Part shown: positions 1 through 9,296 of the stretch, in pieces
How the letters are laid out: every line of letters begins with the position of its first letter
Position numbering within the stretch: the first letter of the stretch is position 1
DNA from: a virus
Lineage: Duplodnaviria; Caudoviricetes
Length of the DNA: 41,113 nt
Virus record (IMG/VR): IMGVR_UViG_3300029787_000114
Coordinates: 1-41,113 of that record
Reading direction: 5' to 3' (one strand)
Position numbers and translations under genes: made by a program
The notes under the pieces: generated by a model
Seen by the model: only the letters and a program-made list of their open reading frames with translations
What the model was told of the DNA's origin: nothing
Database searches by the model: none

Positions 1-368
1 AACAGTAGAAAAAGCTATATTTAATAATGACTGTGTAAGACCATAATTAGCATATTCTCGTTGTTTTTGCATCAATATAGGAACTTCAAAAGCAGTAGAG
101 TATATTCCCATTGTTTTAGCGCCTCTATAAAATCTAGAAGTAGCAAGACCTGATCTTGCAACATTACCTAAAAATCCTGCCTTTGAGACAAAAGGTTCTG
201 GCGCAAATAAAAGAGCCGCATTTACAGGATCTACAAACGCAGAACCTAAAGTGGAAAAAAACATACCAAATTTTTGAAAACCAGAAGCGGACTGATATAT
301 TTGAGCCATTTCCATTTCTTCTATTTTTCTTTCATGAATAAGCTGCGCTTCTGTAACAGTCATTTCAC
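1..368. repeat. Left copy of the terminal overlap (imperfect copy of 40746-41113)
   Basis: Manual alignment gives 27 substitutions and no indels over 368 nt; positions 314-368 (55 nt) are identical to the contig end. Confidence 0.95.
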
Positions 369-708
369 GGTCAAAATTTATTTCACCACCAAGCCCATAT
401 GCTGAATTAAGCTCCGGTATACTCATTACTTCAGAAGACCTAGCTTCATCTAGCCCTGTAACAGAATTTCTATAAACGCCATCTGGATCCGTAAGAGTAT
501 CATGAAAATTATCTTGTATAAATCTAGAGATTGTAGACCTTTCTTCAAAAACGTCTCCTACAGGATCACTAAATGAAAGAAGTCTATAGTACTCGCCTTC
601 ATCCCAAGCTGCTGATAAAGCTTCGCGTGTGTCTATGCTTTGGTTAAGTGAGTCACCACCCGCAGACTTTATAAACTCATTGTCATCATATTGTTTTATT
701 CTAGCCAT
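1..708 (-). CDS. 5' part of an internal virion protein; continues across the circular junction into 39126-41108 (joined length about 775 aa)
   Basis: ATG at 708 (MARIKQYDDNEF...) lies 2 nt after the stop of the 711-2837 gene and is in frame with the ATG at 363 that matches the start of the 660-aa ORF. Absent from the ORF track because it runs off the edge. Confidence 0.85.
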   Translation of the reverse strand, partial: MARIKQYDDNEFIKSAGGDSLNQSIDTREALSAAWDEGEYYRLLSFSDPVGDVFEERSTISRFIQDNFHDTLTDPDGVYRNSVTGLDEARSSEVMSIPELNSAYGLGGEINFDREMTVTEAQLIHERKIEEMEMAQIYQSASGFQKFGMFFSTLGSAFVDPVNAALLFAPEPFVSKAGFLGNVARSGLATSRFYRGAKTMGIYSTAFEVPILMQKQREYANYGLTQSLLNIAFSTV

Positions 709-710
709 AA

Positions 711-2837
711 TTAATCCACAATAGTATTTTCAAGCTCTTTCCATTTAAAAGCGTAAGGCATACCGTCATTAATTGTTACGGGTAATCTGCCTAAGCCCTC
801 AATTGCCCACACTAGTTCTATACCATCACCTGATGCTGTTTGTCTCCACATAACATTATCATCTAAATCTTTAGTCTGTATCGCTCTAAGCTCTTTATCA
901 GTAAGAGTTGTTACTCCTTTTCCTAGAGGATCTATGTTAAGATTATTAGCGGGCTCCATAATTTTTTCAATTAAATATTCCGCCTTATCTTCATAATCAT
1001 CTTCGTCTTGTCCATGCACTTCTTTTCTAGGAATAACAAACTCCGGTGTAATTAAGTAGTAATCGCCAATAAATTCTTTTACATATTTTTTTACATCTTT
1101 ATTTTTTTGTTGCATAGAACCACTGTGCTGTGCTAAAGTTACTATTAAATCTTCAAGCCCGTCTAAATGTTCCGTAGCTGCTGGATCACCACCAAAAGAT
1201 GCTACGTAACTTTTCCAAGTAGAATTCGTTGATAGCTTTTGATTTTTTCCTCTCATGCTAGGATTAACTGCATTGGAATCTAAAATTTGACCACCTTTTA
1301 CGGTTGCAGATTTAAGCAAACTTAGATTATGTGCGAATGCAGGTGTGTCTACATAATCTAATAAAGCTACAAATCTTTCGTCTAGATCGCCTTTTTCTTG
1401 AATATCTTTAATAAAAGTATGAAAATGGTTTCCATATCTTTCCTTGTAGGTTAACATAAGAGCTTGCACGTCACTTGACTTGGTTGAAGAAAACATTAAT
1501 TGATCTGCTGCTGTTAATGCTTCTACCTCACCGATAACATCTACATCTTGTCTGTTAATATTTCTTTCTACTTGTAAACTAATTAAATCATCAATCCCTC
1601 TTTGAAAAGTAGCAGTGTCCTCGCTTTCTAATTTCATAGTAATATCAGGTCTATATCTTTTAGCAAATCCTTTTGGATCTTTTTCTAGCATAGTTACTAT
1701 TGCTTCTCTAAGCTTTTTAAGTTTTTCTAAGTGTTTATTTTTTCTAAAATCACCTTCTGCTTCTTTTGTTCTTTTATTAATTAAGGCTAATTTTTCATCC
1801 TGTGTTCCTAGTGCTAATGTAAACTCATCTGAATATAATTTTTTTGAGTCTTCAACCTGTCTTGAATAATCAATCCAATTTTTATTTCCTTGCTTTTTTC
1901 CGTAAACGTTTATAAAATCTTTTTCTGTATAAGGCGTAATTTCCTCTCCTGTTTCACCTATACTTAATATATTGTTTTCTAAAGTGTCTGCAAATTTTAC
2001 CTGCATACCATAATTGACGGATCCTAATTTATTATTTATTTGACTAAGCTTTGCTTGTTTATCTTCAACAGTTAAGTATTTATCTAATTGTCCTGATTCT
2101 AGTATAGCCTTTATTGTCAGTAATTTATTAGAATCTGATTCATCATTTATTGCTTTTACAGTACTACTAATTATATTTTTAACTACTTTATCTTTCTTTT
2201 CTTCCCTTTTTTCTTTACTCCATATATTTCTATATCCCTCTATTTCTCTTGTTTGAGGCAAATCTTCTAAATTATCTATTGTATTTACAATACCATCAAT
2301 ATTTTCAAGTAAAGTAGTAACATCATCAAATGCAACGTAAGCAATATTTTTTGCAGAATCATTAAGCTGTTCTAATTGGTGAGATAAAGTCTTTTTAGCA
2401 ACATAATCAGTAGACTTTAAGAATACCTCGTTTTTATATCTATTAACTTCTTTTTTAAATATATCTGAAGCAATCTTACTTGGGGCTTTTTCTAAAGCCA
2501 TGTCACTAATCTCTTGCATTTTACGCAATGCTGCTTCCGGCCTACCAGACCCTGTTTCTGATTCATCGCTTATTTCATATTCATTAGACCAATTAGCCAT
2601 TTGTGCTTTCATAGTAGTAAGATTATCTTGACTCCATAAAGTTCCTTCTTTACTTTGTCTATCTTCCTCAATTTTTCCAAGATTTCTAGCTAAATTTGAC
2701 ATGCCTCGTCCAAGAGATTCAAGTCCTGTATCAGACGCAGCTTGTATTTGACCACCTGAAAAACCTTGAGCTCCTTGTGATGATGCAGCAACTTCTCTTA
2801 TTTTATCAGAAAATCTTGGTATTTTTAATCTTGCCAT
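711..2837 (-). CDS. Internal virion (core/ejection) protein, 708 aa
   Basis: Long helical, charged protein with a Gly/Ala/Ser-rich N-terminus, located after the gp14-like gene in a podovirus tail module. Assignment is positional. Confidence 0.6.
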   Translation of the reverse strand: MARLKIPRFSDKIREVAASSQGAQGFSGGQIQAASDTGLESLGRGMSNLARNLGKIEEDRQSKEGTLWSQDNLTTMKAQMANWSNEYEISDESETGSGRPEAALRKMQEISDMALEKAPSKIASDIFKKEVNRYKNEVFLKSTDYVAKKTLSHQLEQLNDSAKNIAYVAFDDVTTLLENIDGIVNTIDNLEDLPQTREIEGYRNIWSKEKREEKKDKVVKNIISSTVKAINDESDSNKLLTIKAILESGQLDKYLTVEDKQAKLSQINNKLGSVNYGMQVKFADTLENNILSIGETGEEITPYTEKDFINVYGKKQGNKNWIDYSRQVEDSKKLYSDEFTLALGTQDEKLALINKRTKEAEGDFRKNKHLEKLKKLREAIVTMLEKDPKGFAKRYRPDITMKLESEDTATFQRGIDDLISLQVERNINRQDVDVIGEVEALTAADQLMFSSTKSSDVQALMLTYKERYGNHFHTFIKDIQEKGDLDERFVALLDYVDTPAFAHNLSLLKSATVKGGQILDSNAVNPSMRGKNQKLSTNSTWKSYVASFGGDPAATEHLDGLEDLIVTLAQHSGSMQQKNKDVKKYVKEFIGDYYLITPEFVIPRKEVHGQDEDDYEDKAEYLIEKIMEPANNLNIDPLGKGVTTLTDKELRAIQTKDLDDNVMWRQTASGDGIELVWAIEGLGRLPVTINDGMPYAFKWKELENTIVD

Positions 2838-3301
2838 TATGAAAATGCTCCTAGTGCATCACCCGTTCTGACTGCTTCTGAGCCGCCTGTTAATAGTGTA
2901 CCAACTGCTTTCATTTTACCAGCTTGTTTAGCTACCCTACCGGTATACAATTGAGTTTGCTCCTCTATCTTATAACCTCTTTTTTCTAGTTCTGTATTAT
3001 ACTGTATCATTGCATAGTTTCTTTCATAACTAATATCATTATCATCTACTATATCAAATTGTAACTCTACGCCAGACTTAGCAGATACTGTTTGAACCTC
3101 ACCGGTTAATATATCATATCTTCTTTTAAGATCTGCTTTATCTAGTTCAGCTTTTTGTTGTGCGATATCGGCATTATCTCTTGCCACTTGTGCATTATAT
3201 TGACTTAATTTCTCTGCATTTTTACCTTGCTGATATGCTCCAAGTGCAGATACTGCTGTACCAGCTGCCATTGCTGCCATTACTATTTTACCTGGATTCA
3301 T
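2837..3301 (-). CDS. Small internal virion protein (T7 gp14-like position)
   Basis: Hydrophobic Ala/Gly N-terminus (MAAMAAGTAVSALGAYQQG), Ala/Gln-rich coiled region with SGV motif; follows the GNAT-like gene. Confidence 0.65.
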   Translation of the reverse strand: MNPGKIVMAAMAAGTAVSALGAYQQGKNAEKLSQYNAQVARDNADIAQQKAELDKADLKRRYDILTGEVQTVSAKSGVELQFDIVDDNDISYERNYAMIQYNTELEKRGYKIEEQTQLYTGRVAKQAGKMKAVGTLLTGGSEAVRTGDALGAFS

Positions 3302-3740
3302 AAAACCTCACTAGTTTAATATAGTCTTCTTTGTTAGGACCAAACATTTTTAACTCTGCTTCTTGTTCAAAGCCAAGATACTTTGCAAACCTAATAGCAT
3401 CAGTAAAAGATTTTATTACGTGGCAATCTACTCTATGAAAATTCATTTGTTTAGATATTAAATCTAAATAGTATCTTATATCTTTAATACACCTAATCTT
3501 ATTTTTTTTAAACTCTGGCGATAAAAACATATATGCCTCTCCTACTCCATTCCAATATGGCATTACACCACATATACCAACTATCCGATTTCCGTTATAC
3601 CAAGAAAATGTTGCACCTGTATCATATAGATATTGTACTACGTTTTCCCAATTTTTTCCATAATTTTGTATAATTAGTTCTTCAGGTCCTTCTACTGTTA
3701 GCATATTAAAATGCCATGGCTCAAAAGGCACTACTATCAT
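3288..3740 (-). CDS. GNAT-fold virion assembly protein (T7 gp13-like position)
   Basis: IVGICGV..W.GVGEAY and AIRFAKYLGFEQE GNAT-like motifs; synteny. Confidence 0.65.
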   Translation of the reverse strand: MIVVPFEPWHFNMLTVEGPEELIIQNYGKNWENVVQYLYDTGATFSWYNGNRIVGICGVMPYWNGVGEAYMFLSPEFKKNKIRCIKDIRYYLDLISKQMNFHRVDCHVIKSFTDAIRFAKYLGFEQEAELKMFGPNKEDYIKLVRFYESR

Positions 3741-5791
3741 TTATATGTGCTCATATATAGTATTATAGCATTTATTGTACACGCGGTTGCGGCGTCAGAT
3801 ACCACGTATAACCTATTATTTTTGTCGTAAGTTCCTGATATATAAACTTCATAATCTTTTGTTTGTGGAGATATAGGCCCTGTAGGATCAATTGTATCTC
3901 TAAATAAAACGGATTCAACGTTAGTTGAAGATGGACCTATCTTTAAATTTACTGTTTCAAATAGTCGAAGCACTGCTTTATCTATTCTTGATTTTTTGCC
4001 TTGTGACGTACCATACTCTGTTTTTGGCTCTAAATTTTGTGTCTCTAGTTCTGCTACATAAGGTAATCCTATATGGCATTTAGTTGTTGCGTTAGTTAGT
4101 GTTATTGCACCTGAAGATACAGTTTTATTAGATTCAACAGCACCATTGTTTAGTACAGCAACAGTTTGTCCTTCTAAATGATCTAATCCTGATATAGTTG
4201 TAGCTGAGCTACCTGAGTAAGTTAATCCAGAATCAACAAAATATTGATCATCTCTTGTATGTCCATCATCTTCACGGTAATCTTCTTCTATAAACTCTAC
4301 ATATTGCTTTGTAGCTCCGTTTATAGTTCTTTCAACAATTAAATAGATAGTATCATGAGCATCATTAACACCTGGTATAATCGCTAAACTTTTTACTTTA
4401 GCATTTGTACCGGCTATCGTATGTCTATGCCAAGCAACTACGTCTTGGTCTCTATAATAAGTTAATCCTAGTAAAGTACCGTCTGCTTTTCTAGCCCATA
4501 ATATATTATTTGGATAAGTAGCAAATTGCATTTCTTCTATTCCACCATACCCTAAATGCTCGGAAAATATTGTCATATCAGGACTAGTATAAGAATCATA
4601 ATCTATATTGTATGCAAATTCTCTTACTTTCTTTTTATTTTTACCTACATATAAAACTGATTTAGATGCAGGTGATATTCTTGCCGAGGATGCTCCGTCT
4701 TTAGTTTCATTAACTGCTTGTACTGATGTTGGTGTTAATGCTGCTGTAGCTGAACCTGAAGCAATGTTAAAGGTACCGTCTTTTGAAAATACATGTAAAT
4801 ACCTACCTCCATATATAGCAGTTATTTCATTTACTTGGTCTGAACTTATAGTATAAGTTACTCCATTAGCATCTGTAACAGTTCCATCAGTACCACTAGG
4901 AGCAAAATTATCAAAGTCTCCACTATTTGAACCATATACAGTACTAGGTTGTAGATCTGTATTTGCATAAAATAATCTTTCTTCAAAAAAAGTAACTTTA
5001 CTAGGATAATTACCTGTATAAAATGTACCTAGCCTCCATTCACTTGTAGCGTCTGTAGCACCAAAATTATTATTTATTGTAACTACTACTACTGTAGCGC
5101 TTGTATATGAAGTTACTGTGGCACAACCCCATGTTACAGTAGTTCCATCTACGTGCTTAAGTCTAATTTTTCTACCTACATCTGTACTATAAAATGTACT
5201 TGCACTAGCTGTAATGTTAACTCCTGTTCCTGAAGTTGCAGCAGCTGTCAATGTTACAGCGCTCCCATCATAACCTACAACACCATTTGTATTAGGATAT
5301 AGATATGGACCATCTGAAATAGTTACATCTGTTATAGTCCAAGTTGTGTGTGCTGTCCTTGTTAGTTTTCTAGGTGCATGCTCTGGATGAACTATATACA
5401 GTACATCTGCAGATTGCACATACTGTAAATCATCTAACTGAGCTGCAGTATAAGAAGTAGATACTTCATAAGGAGTAGATCCTGATGAATATATTTGACC
5501 TTCATCTTTAAAAAATCTTATATAGTTGTGTCCAAATTCTATAATGTAAGCTTGAGTTTTAGAAAACACAAATGGAATTAATCTAGCCCCTGAATTAGAA
5601 CCTGTCTGAGTTTTTATTGCTGCAATATATCTAGTGCCTGGTCTTTTTTGAACACCACCATAAGTTTGTACAGTAAAATTATGTATTGTTGAAGCAGAGT
5701 TATAATACTTTTCAATATCAAATCGTCCTTCTAATCTAGGACTAAACTCTCCTGCTGTAAAGTTGGTAAGCGTTGGTGTTGACTTGGCCAT
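3737..5791 (-). CDS. Tail nozzle / tail tubular protein B
   Basis: N-terminal NFTAGEFSPRL..R.D, GG..KRPGT, YVQSADVLYIVHP, FFEERL and AWHRH motifs typical of podovirus nozzle proteins. Confidence 0.85.
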   Translation of the reverse strand: MAKSTPTLTNFTAGEFSPRLEGRFDIEKYYNSASTIHNFTVQTYGGVQKRPGTRYIAAIKTQTGSNSGARLIPFVFSKTQAYIIEFGHNYIRFFKDEGQIYSSGSTPYEVSTSYTAAQLDDLQYVQSADVLYIVHPEHAPRKLTRTAHTTWTITDVTISDGPYLYPNTNGVVGYDGSAVTLTAAATSGTGVNITASASTFYSTDVGRKIRLKHVDGTTVTWGCATVTSYTSATVVVVTINNNFGATDATSEWRLGTFYTGNYPSKVTFFEERLFYANTDLQPSTVYGSNSGDFDNFAPSGTDGTVTDANGVTYTISSDQVNEITAIYGGRYLHVFSKDGTFNIASGSATAALTPTSVQAVNETKDGASSARISPASKSVLYVGKNKKKVREFAYNIDYDSYTSPDMTIFSEHLGYGGIEEMQFATYPNNILWARKADGTLLGLTYYRDQDVVAWHRHTIAGTNAKVKSLAIIPGVNDAHDTIYLIVERTINGATKQYVEFIEEDYREDDGHTRDDQYFVDSGLTYSGSSATTISGLDHLEGQTVAVLNNGAVESNKTVSSGAITLTNATTKCHIGLPYVAELETQNLEPKTEYGTSQGKKSRIDKAVLRLFETVNLKIGPSSTNVESVLFRDTIDPTGPISPQTKDYEVYISGTYDKNNRLYVVSDAATACTINAIILYMSTYK

Positions 5792-5797
5792 TATTCA

Positions 5798-5947
5798 TTA
5801 TCTCTTTTTTGCTGTCTTTGCAGATCTTTTAAAATCTTTGTCTGATGGTGCACCTTTAGAACCTTTTTTCCTCATTGTTTCACCACTACCACCTTTTATT
5901 CTTTTACGCTTTGCGTGTATATTTGCATATAAACCTCTTTTAGCCAT
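5798..5947 (-). CDS. Small basic hypothetical protein, 49 aa (MAKRGLYANIHAKRKRIKGGSGETMRKKGSKGAPSDKDFKRSAKTAKKR)
   Basis: Manually translated; AGGAG RBS upstream; fills the gap between the two tail tube genes; below the ORF-track cutoff. Confidence 0.8.
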   Translation of the reverse strand: MAKRGLYANIHAKRKRIKGGSGETMRKKGSKGAPSDKDFKRSAKTAKKR

Positions 5948-5956
5948 AAAATCTCC

Positions 5957-6562
5957 TTACGTAGTATATTTATTCCATCTATAATTACTTAATCCAGAAC
6001 CGGCTGTCCTTGATTCTAGCCAAAAATCTGCATCTATTCCTTCGGGACTTCCCTCTTGAGCATCTGCACTTCTTGCTGTTCTTAGTTTTTCAGAATATAG
6101 ACTATTCATAGCATTTAAAGTTTCTAGATCCTGTAGTAAAGGCATAGTTAGATTTACTGCTAGTTTTGCAGCAAGAGTTTCTACTAATAATGAGTCATAT
6201 GTTGCAACTGCTTCATTTCTAAACACATATGTGCATTTAAAAGTATTTGTCTCAGTAACTAATTTATCAGACTCGATTTTATACTCTAGAGTATCATCTT
6301 CAGGTCTTACTATTCTTAACCAGTCTCCTGGTAATTGAAATTCATAACTAAAATAATATGCTGGAGTATTATCGGTTAAAGATAATGCTGCACGCTTTAT
6401 ACAACTATTCCATGGATGCATTCTAAATAATGTGTCTCTTGTATCATCATATAGCTCATTTGCAAATCTTGCAGGCTTTGTATCTTCAGTCAATGAAGTA
6501 ATAAACTCTGCTCCTAGCAGTCCGAGTGCTCTATTTACTATGTCAATTTTTGTAGTAGCCAT
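5957..6562 (-). CDS. Tail tubular protein A / head-tail adaptor
   Basis: IVNRALGLLGA..ITSL, HPWN..IKRA.L and FQLP.D.LRI motifs; synteny. Confidence 0.8.
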   Translation of the reverse strand: MATTKIDIVNRALGLLGAEFITSLTEDTKPARFANELYDDTRDTLFRMHPWNSCIKRAALSLTDNTPAYYFSYEFQLPGDWLRIVRPEDDTLEYKIESDKLVTETNTFKCTYVFRNEAVATYDSLLVETLAAKLAVNLTMPLLQDLETLNAMNSLYSEKLRTARSADAQEGSPEGIDADFWLESRTAGSGLSNYRWNKYTT

Positions 6563-6577
6563 AATTTATTATACCAT

Positions 6578-6620
6578 AAAAAAAGAATAAAGGTAGCCGC
6601 AAAAGCAACTACCTTATCCC
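6578..6620 (-). terminator. Rho-independent terminator after the capsid/decoration genes
   Basis: Minus-strand stem AAGGTAGTTGC / GCGGCTACCTT with TTTT loop, followed by a T-rich tract. Confidence 0.75.
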
Positions 6621-6626
6621 TTGTGA

Positions 6627-7118
6627 TTAATCTACAACGTATTGTATATAACCAGCTATGTCGTCTCCATCCGCTAATGCACCGATAGCTTTAGCTGCGA
6701 TTACCACACCGTCTCTACTTGTGAAGGTATAAGTACCTCCAGCAGCTTTAACAGTAGCTAATGCGCCAGACATTGCAAAGTAACCTGCAGTGTCTACGTC
6801 TAAACCATCGACCAGTCCATCTGGGTCTGCCGCTACGGCATCTCCAGCAGCATCGGTATAAGCTTCCCATCCTAAATCTAATGTTTGAGAACTGGCTGTC
6901 CAGTTAACATACATCACTGAAGAATGAAGCAGAACTTTAACAGTACCCGCAGGTAATCTGATAAGACTTACAGTCGAACCAGCGTCACCAACACCACTTT
7001 GATCATGAACAAAAGAGGCGACTCTTATTCTTCCATGATATGAAGTAGTAGGGTTTAAAGTTACAGGTGACGCAGTCTGATTAGTATACTCGGTAGTTTT
7101 TTGAGTTGTTACAGCCAT
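6627..7118 (-). CDS. Putative capsid decoration/cement protein
   Basis: 163-aa beta-rich Ala/Gly/Thr protein directly after the major capsid gene, ending in ...IQYVVD, followed by a terminator. Confidence 0.6.
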   Translation of the reverse strand: MAVTTQKTTEYTNQTASPVTLNPTTSYHGRIRVASFVHDQSGVGDAGSTVSLIRLPAGTVKVLLHSSVMYVNWTASSQTLDLGWEAYTDAAGDAVAADPDGLVDGLDVDTAGYFAMSGALATVKAAGGTYTFTSRDGVVIAAKAIGALADGDDIAGYIQYVVD

Positions 7119-7130
7119 ATTATCCTCCTG

Positions 7131-8015
7131 TTATTCCGCACACTTAATTTCCAACACTTTTCCTTCTTCCATACGAGTTGCCCCGAAAGAAGCTGAACAG
7201 TACACTTGGGTAGAATTTCTCTTATCACGTCTAGGACCAATATCAACATTAATATCAGAACCTACAGCCATAAGAAGACCTGATCTACAGTAAGCAATTA
7301 CTCGTCTGTAACTAGATGAATCTGTTGCTACTCTTTCAGTTCTAATAAATTGGAAACCCATAAATGTGTTAACTTCACCTTGTACTAATGCTTTGATTGA
7401 GTTAAAATCTGAGCTAGTAACTTCGGTAGTTTGTAACAAGTCATTTATTTGTTTAGAAGTAACAATAATAAATCTTGGATCTGACGGGTCTGTCTCGTTA
7501 GAGTCCAATAATCTTTTTGCTTCTCTAAGTTTTCCAACTGTTAGGCCTGAGTTTGCAGCAGAACCTGATTCAACGTAGTTTACAGCGATAACACTTCCTG
7601 CGTCGTGAGCCACTGAAGTCGATCCAGTCTTGCCTGAATAAGCAGTACCAAATGCAGCTTCAATAACAATGTCATCCATTTTACGTCCAAGTGCCCATGC
7701 GGCGTTTTGAGCATAAGGAGATGTTGGGTCAATTAAAAGTCTGATTCTATCAGTTCTATCAATCATGTCTGCCCAATCAAAATCCCTCAACGAGACTTGA
7801 CGTCTGTCATGAGGAGTAGAGATTAAAGGTGTGTCTGAATGTCTAGAAGTAACTTCTATTGCGTCAACAGATCCTATACGATCATAGTATTCAAATTCGC
7901 TATTTTGTGATTCAACACGTACAAAGTTACGTAGTCTAGATCCTTTTTGTTGTAAAAGATGTTCAACGTTTGCTCTATACTGGTTGACAAAAGCGGTAGT
8001 AATATTTACTGACAT
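7131..8015 (-). CDS. Major capsid protein
   Basis: MSVNITTAFVNQY..NV..LLQQKGSRLR N-terminus, A.ALGRKMDD, EVTSSDFN.IKALVQGE.NTFMGF.F and GATRMEE.KV motifs; GGAGG RBS. Confidence 0.9.
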   Translation of the reverse strand: MSVNITTAFVNQYRANVEHLLQQKGSRLRNFVRVESQNSEFEYYDRIGSVDAIEVTSRHSDTPLISTPHDRRQVSLRDFDWADMIDRTDRIRLLIDPTSPYAQNAAWALGRKMDDIVIEAAFGTAYSGKTGSTSVAHDAGSVIAVNYVESGSAANSGLTVGKLREAKRLLDSNETDPSDPRFIIVTSKQINDLLQTTEVTSSDFNSIKALVQGEVNTFMGFQFIRTERVATDSSSYRRVIAYCRSGLLMAVGSDINVDIGPRRDKRNSTQVYCSASFGATRMEEGKVLEIKCAE

Positions 8016-8048
8016 ACTATGTGCCTCCGTGTTAGTCGTTTAACTTTT

Positions 8049-8142
8049 CGTAAATGCTACCCAAAAGGACATTTTCTTGCTTGTTTACGTCTGTGCCATT
8101 ATCGACGAATGGACCTAAAAGGCTACCCATTACGTCGATAAT
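8049..8142 (-). promoter_or_regulatory. Structured leader upstream of the capsid gene (two hairpins sharing a GGGTAGC/GTCC internal loop)
   Basis: 10-bp stem ATTATCGACG (8098-8107) / CGTCGATAAT (8133-8142); second hairpin at 8052-8074 carries the same loop motif in swapped order. Confidence 0.6.
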
Positions 8143-8174
8143 ACACTTATTTAAAACATTCGTACAATATTTAT

Positions 8175-9047
8175 TTAGCTTGATGGAACGGGTGTTTCAT
8201 CAGGATATGCTAATTGAAATAAAGCATTCATCTTTTCAACAGCTTCACTATGCCCTTGATTTTCAGAATCTTGATAAGCTTTCATAAATTCTGGATCGCG
8301 GTTAAATCTAGCTATCTCTTGCCTTGCTTGGTCTGGTGTCATAATAAAGCTCCTGTCTGCTCCTGTATCTGGTTTACCTTCTGCTAGTCCTTCTCCAACT
8401 TTAGCAAACAGCTTGACAAACATAGGGTTGTTTCCCATACCTGTACTGTCTAGCCAATCCTTAAGTTCAGGTCCACCGTATGTTTCAACTGCTCTTGAAG
8501 CTAGATCTATTTTTTCAGAATATGCTTTACCAAAATCTTTTTTAATAGATTCTACCCATTCAGCATGTTGAAGCTGACTGCCTTCAGAACTAGTTGCTGC
8601 TTGATTATTAAGGTACTCATGATAACCATCATATATTTGTTTAGCTTGCTGTGGATTTAAACCAGCAGCATGTGCTATACCTTTATATGCATCTTCAAAA
8701 CCTTGGTCATATGTAACGCCCTCTGGTAATGTAGGTTTATCAAAAGTATACTCATTTGAGTCTGCAGGTCTACCTAAAGAGTTATAAAAATCATTCATCT
8801 CAGCTTCAGTTGCTTCTTTACCTGGTAATGCTATCTTATCTTTACCAATTAACTTTTGCCCATTAATATAACTTTTAGCCATACTGCTAACATCATTTAT
8901 ATCTGCTAATGACGGGTCAGATCGTATTTCTTCAGGTAGAGAATCTTTCCAGCTTACTGCATCACTTGTTGGTGCTGCTGATTCTGCTGGTGCTGATTCT
9001 GAGCTACCCGACGTAAGTACGGACCCAGCTTGTGCTTCTTCACTCAT
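8175..9047 (-). CDS. Capsid scaffolding/assembly protein
   Basis: Acidic; W..SLPEE.R, AKSY...QKLIG, FY..LGRP and G.GNNP motifs; lies between portal and capsid genes. Confidence 0.8.
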   Translation of the reverse strand: MSEEAQAGSVLTSGSSESAPAESAAPTSDAVSWKDSLPEEIRSDPSLADINDVSSMAKSYINGQKLIGKDKIALPGKEATEAEMNDFYNSLGRPADSNEYTFDKPTLPEGVTYDQGFEDAYKGIAHAAGLNPQQAKQIYDGYHEYLNNQAATSSEGSQLQHAEWVESIKKDFGKAYSEKIDLASRAVETYGGPELKDWLDSTGMGNNPMFVKLFAKVGEGLAEGKPDTGADRSFIMTPDQARQEIARFNRDPEFMKAYQDSENQGHSEAVEKMNALFQLAYPDETPVPSS

Positions 9048-9294
9048 TTATAGCCTCCATGTTTAACATATTTTTAAAGTGCTCAGGTTTCTTTTCAAGG
9101 AACTTGAGTATTGAAATTACGATCCTTCTCATACCTTCACGGTGAGCTGTCTCGTAAGGGTCGCCTGGGACATGTGTAGTGTCCAAAACGTAACCTGTTT
9201 TACAAAGGTGCTGTAATACAATCTCACCTTCTTTTGAATCAAACACTGATTTATAGTGCTCATTAAGCTTTTGTAAACCTACTGGCTTTGCCAT
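9040..9294 (-). CDS. Conserved small protein (Bbp19-like) after the portal
   Basis: YKSVF.S.EG..VL..L and DPYETA.REG.R..V motifs. Confidence 0.65.
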   Translation of the reverse strand: MAKPVGLQKLNEHYKSVFDSKEGEIVLQHLCKTGYVLDTTHVPGDPYETAHREGMRRIVISILKFLEKKPEHFKNMLNMEAINE

Positions 9295-9296
9295 CG

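Noticed and set aside
156-341. 61-aa plus-strand ORF
   Set aside because: Antisense to the virion gene that starts at 708; no RBS.
1-368. Terminal repeat as a DGR template/variable pair or a true direct terminal repeat
   Set aside because: Mismatches are not confined to adenines, no reverse transcriptase is present, and the repeat lies mid-gene at the contig ends.
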